The position numbers and the translations under genes are program-made. A stretch of 62,808 nt of DNA, the filler included, from Globobulimina sp. (lineage: Eukaryota): NCBI GenBank assembly GCA_003354225.1. It is 47 parts of 47 records of this genome, joined end to end, with 100 filler letters (N's around TTAATTAATTAA, not from the genome) between each part and the next. Parts side by side here need not be neighbours in the genome. Positions count along the whole stretch, not along the records: positions 12,055 to 13,293 come from PIVH01020322.1; positions 13,394 to 14,632 come from PIVH01020323.1; positions 14,733 to 15,971 come from PIVH01020324.1; positions 16,072 to 17,310 come from PIVH01020325.1; positions 17,411 to 18,649 come from PIVH01020326.1; positions 18,750 to 19,988 come from PIVH01020327.1; positions 20,089 to 21,327 come from PIVH01020328.1; positions 21,428 to 22,666 come from PIVH01020329.1; 39 more parts are not named here. The stretch is one strand, 5' to 3'. This document shows, one piece after another, positions 12,757 through 24,934 of the stretch. Position 1 is the first letter of the stretch. Every line of letters begins with the position of its first letter. The notes below the pieces were generated by a model. It did no database searches, was not told the origin of the DNA, and was given only the letters and a program-made list of their open reading frames with translations.

Positions 12757-13230
12757 TGTGACTGTGACAGGATAGCGTTCTCAATCCAGGTGTGTTTGTT
12801 TTTATAATAATAATACAATATTTAAAATAGCAGAATAAATTTAATGGTGAGAAATCAGATATTTTCTCGTTGTGTGTGATAATTTCATGTTATTGACTAT
12901 TTACGTCGTACGAGAACGACCCCATTCACATTCACATTCACACTCAAACTATCATTCAACAGATGGTCATAAAAAAGAAGATTGATTAATAGATAAAGGA
13001 ATTTGTATATTTATAATTTAATTGTGTAATTTTGGATGAATGTATAAGGGAAAAAAAGAGGTTCAACACCGCGGTCGCATCGACACAGAGTGAGTTTTAA
13101 AGAGAGTTGGAAATGAATTGATACGATTAAATGACAAATATGATACGATTAAATATTTTCCTTCCTATAATTTACAATTGACTTTTTAGGCTTAAACTTC
13201 TAAACACTTCTTTTGTGATCGGCAAGGTTT

Positions 13231-13287
13231 TTGGGTTAGCTAGAGTGGTTTTCAACTTTGAATACTAGGTTCGAATCCTAGGTCAAC
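13231..13287 (+). pseudogene. Degenerate tRNA remnant
   Basis: A-box-like TAGCTAGAGTGG and a perfect T arm CTAGG-TTCGAAT-CCTAG; middle deleted. Confidence 0.45.
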
Positions 13288-13393
13288 TTCGAANNNNNNN
13301 NNNNNNNNNNNNNNNNNNNNNNNNNNNNNNNNNNNNNTTAATTAATTAANNNNNNNNNNNNNNNNNNNNNNNNNNNNNNNNNNNNNNNNNNNN

Positions 13394-14208
13394 TACACTC
13401 AATGTTACATTTACACTCTTAGCAACACCAACAAATACTCGTTGAAAATCAAATAATTTAATTAGTGTCGCATCTGAATCATTTTCCGATGAAATAAATC
13501 CTAAAACCACACAATCTGATGCTACTTTACCTGTATTCCTTACCTCAACCACAAATGACGTTGCTTGTGATTTATAAAAATAATATCCATTTCGATAAAA
13601 ATCTGCTAACATTTTTGTATTTACATTCTTTGAAATTGATGAATTATAATATTTATAGGTAAAATACAATCCAAATCCAAATGGATATACTGGTGTTCCC
13701 GTATAATATCTATACGTAATCCCACCATTATGTCTTATATAATTAACGTAAGCTTAGCACAAAGAATATATAGTTATCCATCACATATAACTGTCCTTAA
13801 TGATTTATCATAAATAGTGTATGGCAATTTTCCCGCAGGAGCTGAGCCAAAAACAATGTTCGATATAGCAACACCACCAAACTCGCCCGGATAAAATGCC
13901 TCAACAATGACTGGAATATTTGCTTTCGGCCAAGAAATATCAATGGAACCGCCATTAATTAATACCAATATCGTATTTTTATTGGCAGCATAAACCTGCT
14001 GTAATAATAACAACTGATTGCCAGGGAATGCAATAGTATTTCTGTCACATCTTTCACTCTCAAATGCTGGGCCAGAGCCACCATCAGGATGCAACCCTAA
14101 AAATACAATGGCATATTGTGCTTTTGATGCGGCAGACACAGCATTTGCAAAACGATTCGTATTTGTACATTGATAGTCGCAGCCGAGGCTATAACTGATC
14201 TCAACAAA
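13394..14208 (-). CDS. GH3 beta-xylosidase/glucosidase, C-terminal part
   Basis: ESERCDRNTIAFPGNQ, VLINGG, EAFYPGEFGG, PAGKLPYT, TYRYYTGTPVYPFGFGL, Fn3-like VRNTG...LFDFQRV. Confidence 0.92.
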
Positions 14209-14214
14209 CCATCA

Positions 14215-14218
14215 GGAA

Positions 14219-14254
<36 letters not shown>

Positions 14255-14398
14255 TTACCGATGGACTTCTCTGTGAGTTTGAGGGACTGGTATATGATTC
14301 GGTTGAGTTCGCTCCCCAATCGACACTATAGAAACTTAAACGAACAGTGGGGTCTAAAGGAAAGAGAAGTCGTAACAAGGCATCAGTAGGTGAACCTG
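14215..14398 (+). rRNA. 18S rRNA 3'-terminal fragment, foraminiferal type
   Basis: CCCTGCCCTTTGTACACACCGCCCGTCGCTCTTACCGATGG...AAAGGAAAGAGAAGTCGTAACAAGGCATCAGTAGGTGAACCTG; terminal GGATCA missing. Confidence 0.95.
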
Positions 14399-14793
14399 GA
14401 ATTTCCTTAAGGTTTTGTATAGGACTTATGACAAAAATTAAAAAATCGTCAAAGTCTTTAACTTTTTTTTTAAGTTGAATAATCGCGGTGCAATTTTTGA
14501 CTGGAAAAATGACACTTTCATCAGGGGATTAACTTGGTTCAAATTTGACTGCTGGTCACGAGGTAAAAAAACATAAAAAAACCTGGTGCATTTTTTGTTG
14601 GAAAATGTTTCTAATTTTACAGTTATACATAANNNNNNNNNNNNNNNNNNNNNNNNNNNNNNNNNNNNNNNNNNNNTTAATTAATTAANNNNNNNNNNNN
14701 NNNNNNNNNNNNNNNNNNNNNNNNNNNNNNNNATAATTGTAAAAAAACTCCAGAGATCAGGGTTTATGGACGCTGTCAATTGCCTTAAATAAA

Positions 14794-15971
14794 TTAAAGT
14801 TGAACAAGTGATTTATTATAAACATTATTCAAACAGTCAATAAATTCATTCGGCTCATAAATTGCATTTTGATCAGCAATGAGTGTAAATGTTATATGAT
14901 CGACATAACTCATAATACCACATGAAAGAGGCGTATGTGTTGGATTTGTAGCATTAAACATATTGCAAACATAATCATTATTTGTTTCCAGACCAGAGAG
15001 CAATGGCTTTTTTGGTCCAACCAAATTTGATAACGCAAATGTACATTTTGACGCAACCAATTCACCTAATATCATATTAACAAATTTTAATCCAAATAAA
15101 AAATGTCCAATTTGTAACATGAATGTGAGGTAAATCGCCATCGGACTATTTTTTAATTTATAAAATAAGTTATGTATTTCATTAAATCTGTCAACAAATG
15201 GAATGTCACCACACGGTAATCGTATTGGAACAATTGATATTTTATTTGCATCCACACCTTCGGAATAAATCGCTGATAATTTCTCTAAATCTTTCTCAAT
15301 TAATGATCGCATATTAAACACAGTAAAAAATCGTAAATATAATTTATTTCCATGTTTGTTTGTAATTTTCTCATATTCATATTTCTCATTTTTACAAACA
15401 TATTTAAATATATATCTATAGACAGATTCACAAAATACAGTTAATACGAAATCATTTATTGTATAATTATCACCATATGTTTTACATAATTTTTTAATGT
15501 CTTTCAATAAGAATTTATTTGAAATACCAATGTTAAATTTACGTTGGATCATGTTTGCTTGCAATGTATTTTTCCCATTGTAATAATCGCAGTGAATACC
15601 ACAATCAGATGGTGCTGATTCAAATAACACCAATGATATTAAATCATAAATAAAAAAGGGTGTATATTTCATTAAATTGTATATTATAAATAGTACATTG
15701 CGAAAACTTTTTTTGTTTTTAATATTAATTTTTTTTACTTTTGCCGTTTGTTTTTCCGATTTGTTTTTATTTGTACTCCATAAAACATCATGCTCCATTT
15801 CACAAATTCTATTTAATAATACCCCATCACCAATTGAATGATTCACACGACCATAAGCATAAACCTTTAATATTATAAATTTATCATTTGTTATACTGCA
15901 TATTTGTATACAACAAATACCTTATTTGAATCATCAAATTTAATGTAATATGCTTCCCAATGAGGTTTATT
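14794..15971 (-). CDS. Wax ester synthase/diacylglycerol acyltransferase (WS/DGAT)-like
   Basis: NHSIGDG (HHxxxDG variant), TINDFVL, SNLVGP, IMSYVDHITFTLIAD. Confidence 0.85.
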
Positions 15972-16283
15972 NNNNNNNNNNNNNNNNNNNNNNNNNNNNN
16001 NNNNNNNNNNNNNNNTTAATTAATTAANNNNNNNNNNNNNNNNNNNNNNNNNNNNNNNNNNNNNNNNNNNNGCTAGAAAATTACAAATTTTAACCTATCG
16101 TTGTCATATTATTTTTAATACCTGACCGCCCAACCACGAACGCATTTTTTTTACAGAAACAAACAATAGCCTTAAAATCAGCAACTGATCCCCTCCCCCC
16201 TCAGGATGAATAATTAATAACAAATTGCTACGGCCCGGCAACCGCTGTGTCGTATAATTGTCCTGAAGGATTCACATTTTCAG

Positions 16284-17310
16284 ACTGAACAAATGTTGCC
16301 ACTTACTGACACAACATTGGTCCAAGATTTCAAAACTGCTTTTGAAAGGAATTTGAGCAAAAAATTGTTACATGATCATTTGTGGTTCTCCATTGTTGCA
16401 TTACCAAAAGTGGCTATATTCACCAGATGCCAAAGAATCACATGTTGTTTCTGTGTTGTACTCACTTCTATGTTGGCTTCTGCTATGTGGTATGGAAAAA
16501 AGGATCAAGCATCACATCGAGCTGATGTTCAACTTGGACCATTTACTGTAAGCTGGAATGAAGTAAGTTCTCTCTTGAATTCAATCATTCTTGAAAACAT
16601 CCATTACTGTCTTAGATGTTCATTGGCTTTGCCACCAGTCTTGTAGTTTTCCCTGTAAATTTCCTGATTGCTCAAATTTTCAAAAGATCGAGACCGAAAG
16701 AGAATAATTTGGAAAAATTACAAAAGAAAACTGAATTGCCATGGTGGTTTGTGTACATTGGTTGGCTTATTGCATTCATAACAATTTCTGTGTCAATCAT
16801 ATTTATCCTCTTCTATGCCATACAAATGGGAGATTCTGAGACGAGGAAATGGTTGGCAAGTATTTTCATGAGTCTCATTGCATCAATATTCTTTGCACAA
16901 CCACTAAAAGTATGAAAACTAAGAAATGGTTGGTGCTCGACATTGTCAAAGTGAATATTTTAGGTTTTTATTGTTGTCATTATAATATCAGCTATTTGGC
17001 ACAAAATCGATGTGGATTCTGAAGAAAGAGCAATTCGGTTGATGACACCATCTGCAGAGATCATAAAAGACCAAATACATGTTGGAATTTCCAAAACTGA
17101 TGATCAACACAAGGTAGGTAGATGCATTGCCTTACTATTTTGCTATAATTGCATGTTTTACAGGAATTTGTAATGAAATCACTTAGTCGTGAAATTGTGA
17201 TAACAATTACATTTATCATCATTACATTTCTACTGATTCATGGAAACCGGGACCAAAATGCATATCATCTGCAACATCAAGTGACACAAACTTTGACAGG
17301 AACATTGGCA
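16284..17310 (+). CDS. Polycystin-1-like (PKD1L) transmembrane region, spliced, metazoan-like
   Basis: HLWFSI...FTRCQRITCCFCVV, PVNFLIAQIFKRSRP, LPWWFVYIGW, FAQPLKV; introns 16563-16615, 16910-16963, 17114-17163. Confidence 0.88.
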
Positions 17311-17465
17311 NNNNNNNNNNNNNNNNNNNNNNNNNNNNNNNNNNNNNNNNNNNNTTAATTAATTAANNNNNNNNNNNNNNNNNNNNNNNNNNNNNNNNNN
17401 NNNNNNNNNNTTCAAATTCACATTCACATTCATATAGACAGAAGAACCGAAAGAAAGGAAAAACA

Positions 17466-18518
17466 ATGAAAAGAAGTTTAAATAAATGTTTAATGACAAG
17501 AAGTGCTGCAATGCCAAAAAGTGGAATGAAAATGAAGCAGAAAAAAAAAATGAAGTCCAGTTCCAGGAAAATGGAGAGCCGTGCTCCAAAATTGGGGTTT
17601 AAAGTTGGCGGAGCTACGGATATTGTATCGTTTCGGCAACATATCAAATCCAAAAAATTCCCAAAACTCGATGATGTAAATTATGAAGGAATATTTAATG
17701 ATTATTATTTTGATACAGAATCCAATGAAAAGGGCACTGATTTTAAACAAGATGAGGAAGACAACACTTTGCTGCAAAGCGAAGGCGATGTTGAGAGCGA
17801 AGAGGAGCAAGAACCTGACCAACATTTACAAGATGAGGATAAGCAGTTATTTTACCCAAGTTATTGCTATGCAAAATCGCGGAAACCGTACGCTTTGTGG
17901 TGTGCTGAGTCGATAGAGCCTGATATTAAAAAGAAAGAGGACGAAAATAAAACAGATGACGGGATCAAAAAGAAAACAAAAGTTGGCAAAGATGTGTTGA
18001 TCGAGAGCATGGTGACGATGATCGAAGAGGATATTGATGACATTACGTTTAATATCAATGACAGAGAGATTGCAAAAAGAGAGATTTTTATGACTGTGGG
18101 GTTAAACAGCAATATTTCAGAGAAAGACTTTTCGAGAAAGAAATTAAATTTGGTGATTTTGTTGGATATTTCAGGTTCAATGAATGCTGCATTCGATTTA
18201 AAACCGGGATATAATCGGTGGGGATATAATAATGAAAGCAAATTAGTGATTGCTTTGAAGAGTATTATAGCTTTGTTGAGCCACTTAAAATGTGATGATC
18301 GTTTTGGATTTGTTTTATTTAATAAAGAGGCTCGCATTTATTATGAGTTAAATTATGTTGCGAGTTATTCAATGGCGCAGTTGCGAGCTATATTAAGTGT
18401 CCACGCCAATGGCGGCACCAATTTCGAAGCGGGATATAAAAGTTGTATTGATTTGTTTCGTGGCTTATTTAAAAGAATTAAGGTATACAGTACAGCCATT
18501 AAACAGTGGCATTTATAA
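17466..18518 (+). CDS. vWA domain protein of the prokaryote-type YfbK-like group
   Basis: GFKVGGATDI...YEGIFNDYYFDT, FYPSY, VGLNS, KLNLVILLDISGSM (MIDAS), GGTNFEAG; probable intron near 18483. Confidence 0.8.
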   Translation: MKRSLNKCLMTRSAAMPKSGMKMKQKKKMKSSSRKMESRAPKLGFKVGGATDIVSFRQHIKSKKFPKLDDVNYEGIFNDYYFDTESNEKGTDFKQDEEDNTLLQSEGDVESEEEQEPDQHLQDEDKQLFYPSYCYAKSRKPYALWCAESIEPDIKKKEDENKTDDGIKKKTKVGKDVLIESMVTMIEEDIDDITFNINDREIAKREIFMTVGLNSNISEKDFSRKKLNLVILLDISGSMNAAFDLKPGYNRWGYNNESKLVIALKSIIALLSHLKCDDRFGFVLFNKEARIYYELNYVASYSMAQLRAILSVHANGGTNFEAGYKSCIDLFRGLFKRIKVYSTAIKQWHL

Positions 18519-18749
18519 TTATAATATGTGTGTTTGTACATAATACAGTTTATAGTTTCTGCTGTATATATTCAGAAACAGATAATCTGTGTTTTTATAT
18601 AGGAACAACATAAAATATACCATGTACAAACATGGTTGAAATATTATATNNNNNNNNNNNNNNNNNNNNNNNNNNNNNNNNNNNNNNNNNNNNTTAATTA
18701 ATTAANNNNNNNNNNNNNNNNNNNNNNNNNNNNNNNNNNNNNNNNNNNN

Positions 18750-19988
18750 ACTGGAATGTTCACTGACAGCTTGCTGAGGAACGTCAATGTTTTTTGAGAC
18801 TGTAGAGGCTTCACCATTCAACCCCTTTTCGATCTGATTGACTGTGAGCTGAGCAATGGCACCAACTTTGACTGGTCCATCTGGCTGACTATTAGAGTCC
18901 GGTCGACTGCCCAAACCAGGGCTGGAGCTCCGCTGAAACGTAGGACCTAAATTCTTATCAGCATTTTCTAACAACAGCTCACCGTATCGAGTGCCACCCG
19001 ACTCCAGGGGCTTTTGGCACAATATGATCGACTGATTGGAGCCTTCTGAACATTGACCAAACTGTTCAGTACCAAAATCTGGCTGACCACTGACAACCTT
19101 TGAATCCAAACACCCACTGAATGCAAATGTTGATTTATTGACCAATTCACGGTCTGACGAGAATAATAAATCCAGGCAATCACTGTGGGAACTGTTTGGT
19201 GATTCACAAATGTCCTTCTCGACTTGACATTGAAGTAATAGATTGTCCTTATTGTCCAATGACTGACCCCCACCATCAAATAACCCGGTGGTGTCACATG
19301 GACCAAACTGGTCACAAAATGAGGTGCTACTGTGTGCACGGGGCGTGAATTTATAGCCACTGGCACTGTCACGATGACCTAAAAATGATGCATGAGCAAT
19401 GACCGATGACACACCATCGCATTGACTTTCATGCACACGCGAATCGCTGACATTGTCACTACAATAACTAGTGACTGGCTGATTGGCGAGTTCTCCTGAA
19501 AATATAGCACCCGATACCTTATCAGGATGAACGAATGTCTCACCGATCCTGGGGGCTGTACTGCTCTCAATTGTGGCAGCCCCCACCATCTTTGCTTGTT
19601 TGAGAGACTTTTTCTGGTGACTTGAGCTGACAGACTGACTGGTGAATCCTTTCATCACACTGGAGTTTATTTTACATCCATCAGGGATGCGTGCACGCTT
19701 GCCTCCCTCTGTCACTCGATACTGATCAGTTCCATTTGCAGTTGAGCTTGATACATTTCCGGCCGGACTGTTAGCTCCTTCTTTCTCTGAAAGCATCTGC
19801 AAATTATCAGTTAAAAACGAAACATTGTCACCTAAACCTGTAGCTTTTGAATGCCCATTTGAAGCCAAGCTACCAAACTTCGTCGCAAAAGAGTTATGTC
19901 CAAGTTCACCACCCGAACTGGACTTGGCAGGATACACGACCATTGCATCCGCTTGATAAACACCATTGACCTTGTAGCCACTCAAAAT
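18750..19988 (-). CDS. Ser-rich, probably disordered protein exon; unknown function
   Basis: Open frame of more than 400 codons; GC content higher than neighbouring contigs. Confidence 0.55.
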
Positions 19989-20088
19989 NNNNNNNNNNNN
20001 NNNNNNNNNNNNNNNNNNNNNNNNNNNNNNNNTTAATTAATTAANNNNNNNNNNNNNNNNNNNNNNNNNNNNNNNNNNNNNNNNNNNN

Positions 20089-20218
20089 ATCAGCAAAAAT
20101 CGCAGATCACATTGGTGTACTGGATGGAATTTATCCATATAAATGTCCACATTGCAATCGTAAAACGAAGCAAAAAGGAAATATGATGACTCACATGAAA
20201 ACACACAATAAAATATGA
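20089..20218 (+). CDS. C2H2 zinc-finger protein, 3' end
   Basis: YPYKCPHCNRKTKQKGNMMTHMKTH*. Confidence 0.85.
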
Positions 20219-20339
20219 ACTGTGGTTATTCTTATTAAAACATATAAAAATCTGTAAATGCACGTAAGTCCGACTCCACACTGCTTTTAAGTCCCGTTTC
20301 AAAAACATATAAAAAATTTTTCTTTTCACAGACCGAGCA

Positions 20340-21327
20340 ATGGCAGATCATGACACACTCATTGAATCGCCTGTAGCTCTTAAATCATTTGCAAGAACTA
20401 AATCTAAGACAGTTGCAAAGAAAAACAAAAATAGGAATTGTCACTCTGATCCAATCCCAGTGATAACAATCAATCTCAACAAAAGAAAATTAGATGAATG
20501 TAATAACAATGAGCCAGGTCGAAAAAAAAGGAAATTTAATAAAAATGATATCGCTACAAAACTACATATATTGCTGGAATCAAATCGATTATTCACAAAA
20601 CAAAATGATGCATTGCAACAACAAAACTCTCAATTAACAAAACTAACCAGTTATTACAAGGGAGGAATGGATATTTATAAGGAAGAAGCTAAGAAATGGA
20701 AATCGCAGTATTCCAAATTACTGTTAAATACATGTATTTTTATGCAAATGAAATATATACATAACATATTATATTGTACATGTTTACACAGCGCCACGTT
20801 GCACCAAATAACAAACCATAATATCGATGATCACCACACCAATACAAATGAGACTGAGTATGATAATGAGCGTGAGATAGAAATTGAAATTACAGCAAAT
20901 AATACCGAATTAACACCATCCCCAACACCTCCACCATCGCAATATTTCCATAAACCTACAAATACATCAAATATCAATTACAGACACGTTAATTATGTCC
21001 ATTCTATTTAATATTATATTTTATGAATACAATTATTATTAACATCAATTCAGATCGAATCAGATAAAATAAACCGACGTAATACTCGCAGGCACATCAC
21101 ACCATTGTCCCATCCTAACAATACAGAATATGTTGCATTCGAAGACAGTTATTATGTATCTGTGCATTGCCATATTTGTCGTACACATTTTACTGATTTT
21201 AATAAATATGAAGAACACTTGGAAACACATTATAATAACAATAGCAGCAAAACATGGAAACAATGTGATTTAGGATGTGATTCTCAAAAACCATTATTTG
21301 GAGATAGTGCCGATTTTATTTCACATA
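20340..21327 (+). CDS. Basic/coiled-coil protein with C2H2 zinc finger, spliced
   Basis: NLS-like RKKRK and coiled coil; later exon CHICRTHFTDFNKYEEHLETH. Confidence 0.65.
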
Positions 21328-21427
21328 NNNNNNNNNNNNNNNNNNNNNNNNNNNNNNNNNNNNNNNNNNNNTTAATTAATTAANNNNNNNNNNNNNNNNN
21401 NNNNNNNNNNNNNNNNNNNNNNNNNNN

Positions 21428-22666
21428 GTAAAATCCATCATATATATCCTTGGTACGGTCTGTATTGAATATTCAATCAATTTATAAAAATCTGCCTTTT
21501 GCTCCTTGCTGATCTTGGTTAATAATGCATTATTCCTCAAATTAAACACATGCATCTTGACATATTCCTTGCTGTTGCTTTTTTTCGCAGCGTTTAAATC
21601 ATCTCTGTCCTCCTCCTTTATGTCTTCTTTATGTATGATTTTATCTAATTTTGAGCGTATATCCCAGCGTTGATATTCATTGATTGGCACATAAACTCCA
21701 AACAGTAAACCCATTTCGCGCATCTTTTCCATGCAATTCTTTTTTGTCACATTCTTCAAACTTTTATTCAATAAATTTATATCCTGACTGTGTGCTGCAG
21801 CTTGCGTCTATATACATATATATTGTATATTGAATTAATTCAATTGTTGAAACTTAACGGCATAGGTTTGGATGGCAATGGTTGCGCGCCGCTTAGATTC
21901 ATGATCCTGTTTCATATCTTTGTCATGCTCTTTTCTCTCATTTTTCAATTTATCGATTTTGTCATCAGACATTCCCGCTGCGTTATTTTTAAAAATTGAT
22001 AATCTGTTTTGAAACGAATCTGCAGTGTTTCTTCTGTCGATTTGTGGAACATTCCTCTTTTTAATTTCCTTCATGATCACTTTTGTTTTCTTGATATCGT
22101 TCAAACTTTTTCTTTTATTGAGCTCTAACTTTGGTACATCATTATTATTTTGATTATGGTTCTCGTTTTGATTCTTTTTATCATTTTGAATCCAGACATT
22201 ACTGCTGATATTATTTTTATTTTTATATCCTAACTTAGAGGTATCACCGTTGTTATTTTTGGTTTCCTTTGGAATGTCCGAGTTACTGCGGATGTTTTTA
22301 GATTTATTGTTTTCATCAATTTTAGGATCTGCTGCTAACTCAACAACGATACTCAGCTGTTTCTCCATTGGCAGTGCCTGTTCTTCAGATTTATTTATTT
22401 CATGGCTATGATAATCTGAGTTTGCGCTCATTTTAAAGTGTAATCTTTGTGCATTTTTTAATTGCATCCAAGGTGATGGTAGAAAACAACATTTTGCTCC
22501 AAATTTTGGGTTTGAGATAATTGCGATTAACAAATATAAAAAAGCAATGCCAACTACATAATGTGCTGTGTAATAACCATAATCATATATTGATACTGAT
22601 GGTGTCGATAAGGTGTCGTCATTTGAAATCGATGCAATTAAAAGCATTAAATTTCCTAAAAATAGG
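21428..22666 (-). CDS. Hypothetical membrane-anchored protein, probably spliced
   Basis: ORFs 21835-22647 (TM segment plus Asn/Lys-rich region) and 21428-21771 on the same strand. Confidence 0.5.
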
Positions 22667-22766
22667 NNNNNNNNNNNNNNNNNNNNNNNNNNNNNNNNNN
22701 NNNNNNNNNNTTAATTAATTAANNNNNNNNNNNNNNNNNNNNNNNNNNNNNNNNNNNNNNNNNNNN

Positions 22767-22933
22767 TTGTCATTATTGCTATTCTTATCAGTGTTATTTA
22801 GTTGTATTTCTATATTTTGCTGGCTGTTTTCGTTCGATTCCACAGCTGTATGTGTGGCTGTGGTGTCGCCAGCTGGCACTACTTTATCAGTGCTTGGCGA
22901 CGACTCCTTCGCGTCAATGTCATCTGCCATAAT
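22767..22933 (-). CDS. Hypothetical protein, 5' end
   Basis: MADDIDAKESS... open to the contig edge; divergent from the next gene. Confidence 0.45.
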
Positions 22934-23040
22934 GTTGTATTTAATATTCTCAATGGTTTGTCTTGATTTTCTACTGCCCAATTAATTATAGTATATAAAA
23001 GATTTTTAATCTTACTTTTTTTTTTAAAGCAAAAAGTCAA

Positions 23041-23862
23041 ATGGAAGAAATAAACAACACAGAACAAGATGCAAACGTGTTAGCACTGTATCAATCCTTG
23101 ATTTATGGCAACGAGCAATTATTGATGAGAAAAGCACGAAAAAGTATCGATATTACAAAGGAAACCAAATTATCCAGTTCCAAAAAATTAATATTAGTGC
23201 ATGGATATATCAAAGATGAATACAAATATTTTTCAGTACTCAGCAATGACATTGTTTTATTAATTTACTATTTCTATGACACCACATTACAAAGATCATA
23301 TTTATCACCATATTATTACCGCGTGTTTTATCTCACTCGTCCTTTCGGAATCGCTGTGTGCCGCAAATTGGAGAAAAAATATCTTTGTATAGCAATGCCA
23401 AACAGTCCCGCTGGGAAATTGGGATTAAGAGCAGGCTCAAAACTTATTGCGTATAACAATTACGTATTTGATAAAGATGATATTGCGATTTTGAACGAAC
23501 AGTTTATAGAAACAAAGCATAGACAATTTGCAGTGAATTGCGATGTGCAAAGTATTTTAATGAGTGATAGTTGTTTGCCGTTAACTTTATATTTGAAATA
23601 TGACCCAATTGATTTATTAGAAAAAATGGATGAAAGTATCAGTAGTAATAATACTGATAATTGCAATTTTTTCCCTGTGTTGCACACTGATACATTGCGG
23701 TGGGCGATTGATGGGAAAGTAGAATGTTACAAAATTACTCACATAAATGGCTGTGATGTTTTTTCTGCACTGCCAATACAATCACATATTATACAAAATA
23801 ATTTACAGAAAAAAATCCATGGTACGATTGAATGTCAATTATATTTTTTATTTTACGTTTAA
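23041..23862 (+). CDS. Hypothetical protein with PDZ-like segment
   Basis: RPFGI...NSPAGKLGLRAGSKLIAYN. Confidence 0.6.
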   Translation: MEEINNTEQDANVLALYQSLIYGNEQLLMRKARKSIDITKETKLSSSKKLILVHGYIKDEYKYFSVLSNDIVLLIYYFYDTTLQRSYLSPYYYRVFYLTRPFGIAVCRKLEKKYLCIAMPNSPAGKLGLRAGSKLIAYNNYVFDKDDIAILNEQFIETKHRQFAVNCDVQSILMSDSCLPLTLYLKYDPIDLLEKMDESISSNNTDNCNFFPVLHTDTLRWAIDGKVECYKITHINGCDVFSALPIQSHIIQNNLQKKIHGTIECQLYFLFYV

Positions 23863-24142
23863 CGTTTACATGCACAGGAAATCAAATAACTTTTTTTTTG
23901 GATCTTTAAACAGAAAAAAAAAGCTTATTTGGATTTAATTTGTGTGTAAATATATCCATTTCATTATAGATTTGCATATTAATGACATGAATAAGAACAA
24001 ATGGGNNNNNNNNNNNNNNNNNNNNNNNNNNNNNNNNNNNNNNNNNNNNTTAATTAATTAANNNNNNNNNNNNNNNNNNNNNNNNNNNNNNNNNNNNNNN
24101 NNNNNTTTGGGTGGTGGTGGCTCAGTGTACTCAAACTCACAA

Positions 24143-24565
24143 AATGTATCCTGCACTCAATGGACCATTGATTGCGATATTCAACGCACCGCGATGATTA
24201 TTATTAAGATCATTTATTTGGTGGTTGCAGTAACTGGATGTTATTAAAAATATCCTTGCACTCAAATGGAGGAATGAGGAATGAATAATAGTGAATGTTG
24301 GTGAGTACTATGGATGCAATGACGGCCCACAGTCTCACAAAAATATATCCTTGCACTCAAATGTATCCTTGCACTCAATGCACTGAATCGAATGTATTGG
24401 ACAATTCGCGATGGATGAAAATATTAATTGTATTTCACAAAGATTTGGCCAAAAATAAGTGCATGGATATGTTGGTCAGTACAATGAGGCGAAATATACA
24501 TTGCACTGAATTCAATGTATTGGACATGGATGGAATATTATATAATTTGGCCAAAAATGATAAGT
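24143..24565 (+). repeat. Degenerate repeat cluster with TATCCTTGCACTCAA motif
   Basis: Motif at about 24146, 24251, 24346, 24363; larger diverged duplicate about 24294-24460 vs 24468-24565; reverse copies at about 25496-25522 in the next contig. Confidence 0.7.
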
Positions 24566-24711
24566 AGTTTGTTCATGACAAGTACTTGTCTCGTGGTCTA
24601 ATTGGTTTGTTGTGAATTATAATTTAAATCATATGGATACATTCCCTAATTTCCCTTATACTTTTAGAAAAGTATACCTTTTCCTAGAAAAGTAAGCTAG
24701 TCAGCTAGATA

Positions 24712-24900
24712 ATGAGTATCACTTTCTCAGTCTTTTTCTTCCAATTGACTATACTGATCATGATGGATAGATGGAATTCCATTAACTGTCGGGGTATATC
24801 CTCATGTGCTTGCACCGGCATTTGCGAAATCAATTGCCAAGGCAGTGACAACTGTTTACAGTCAACATTAACATGTACTGCAAACTCAATATGTACTGTA
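24712..24900 (+). CDS. Secreted Cys-rich protein, first exon
   Basis: Signal-like N terminus, then CEINCQGSDNCLQSTLTCTANSICTV. Confidence 0.5.
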
Positions 24901-24934
24901 ATATTTAATAATCATAGCACGATTCTATAATGTG

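Noticed and set aside
14097-14378. 93-aa minus-strand ORF
   Set aside because: Antisense translation of the 18S fragment running into GH3 out of frame
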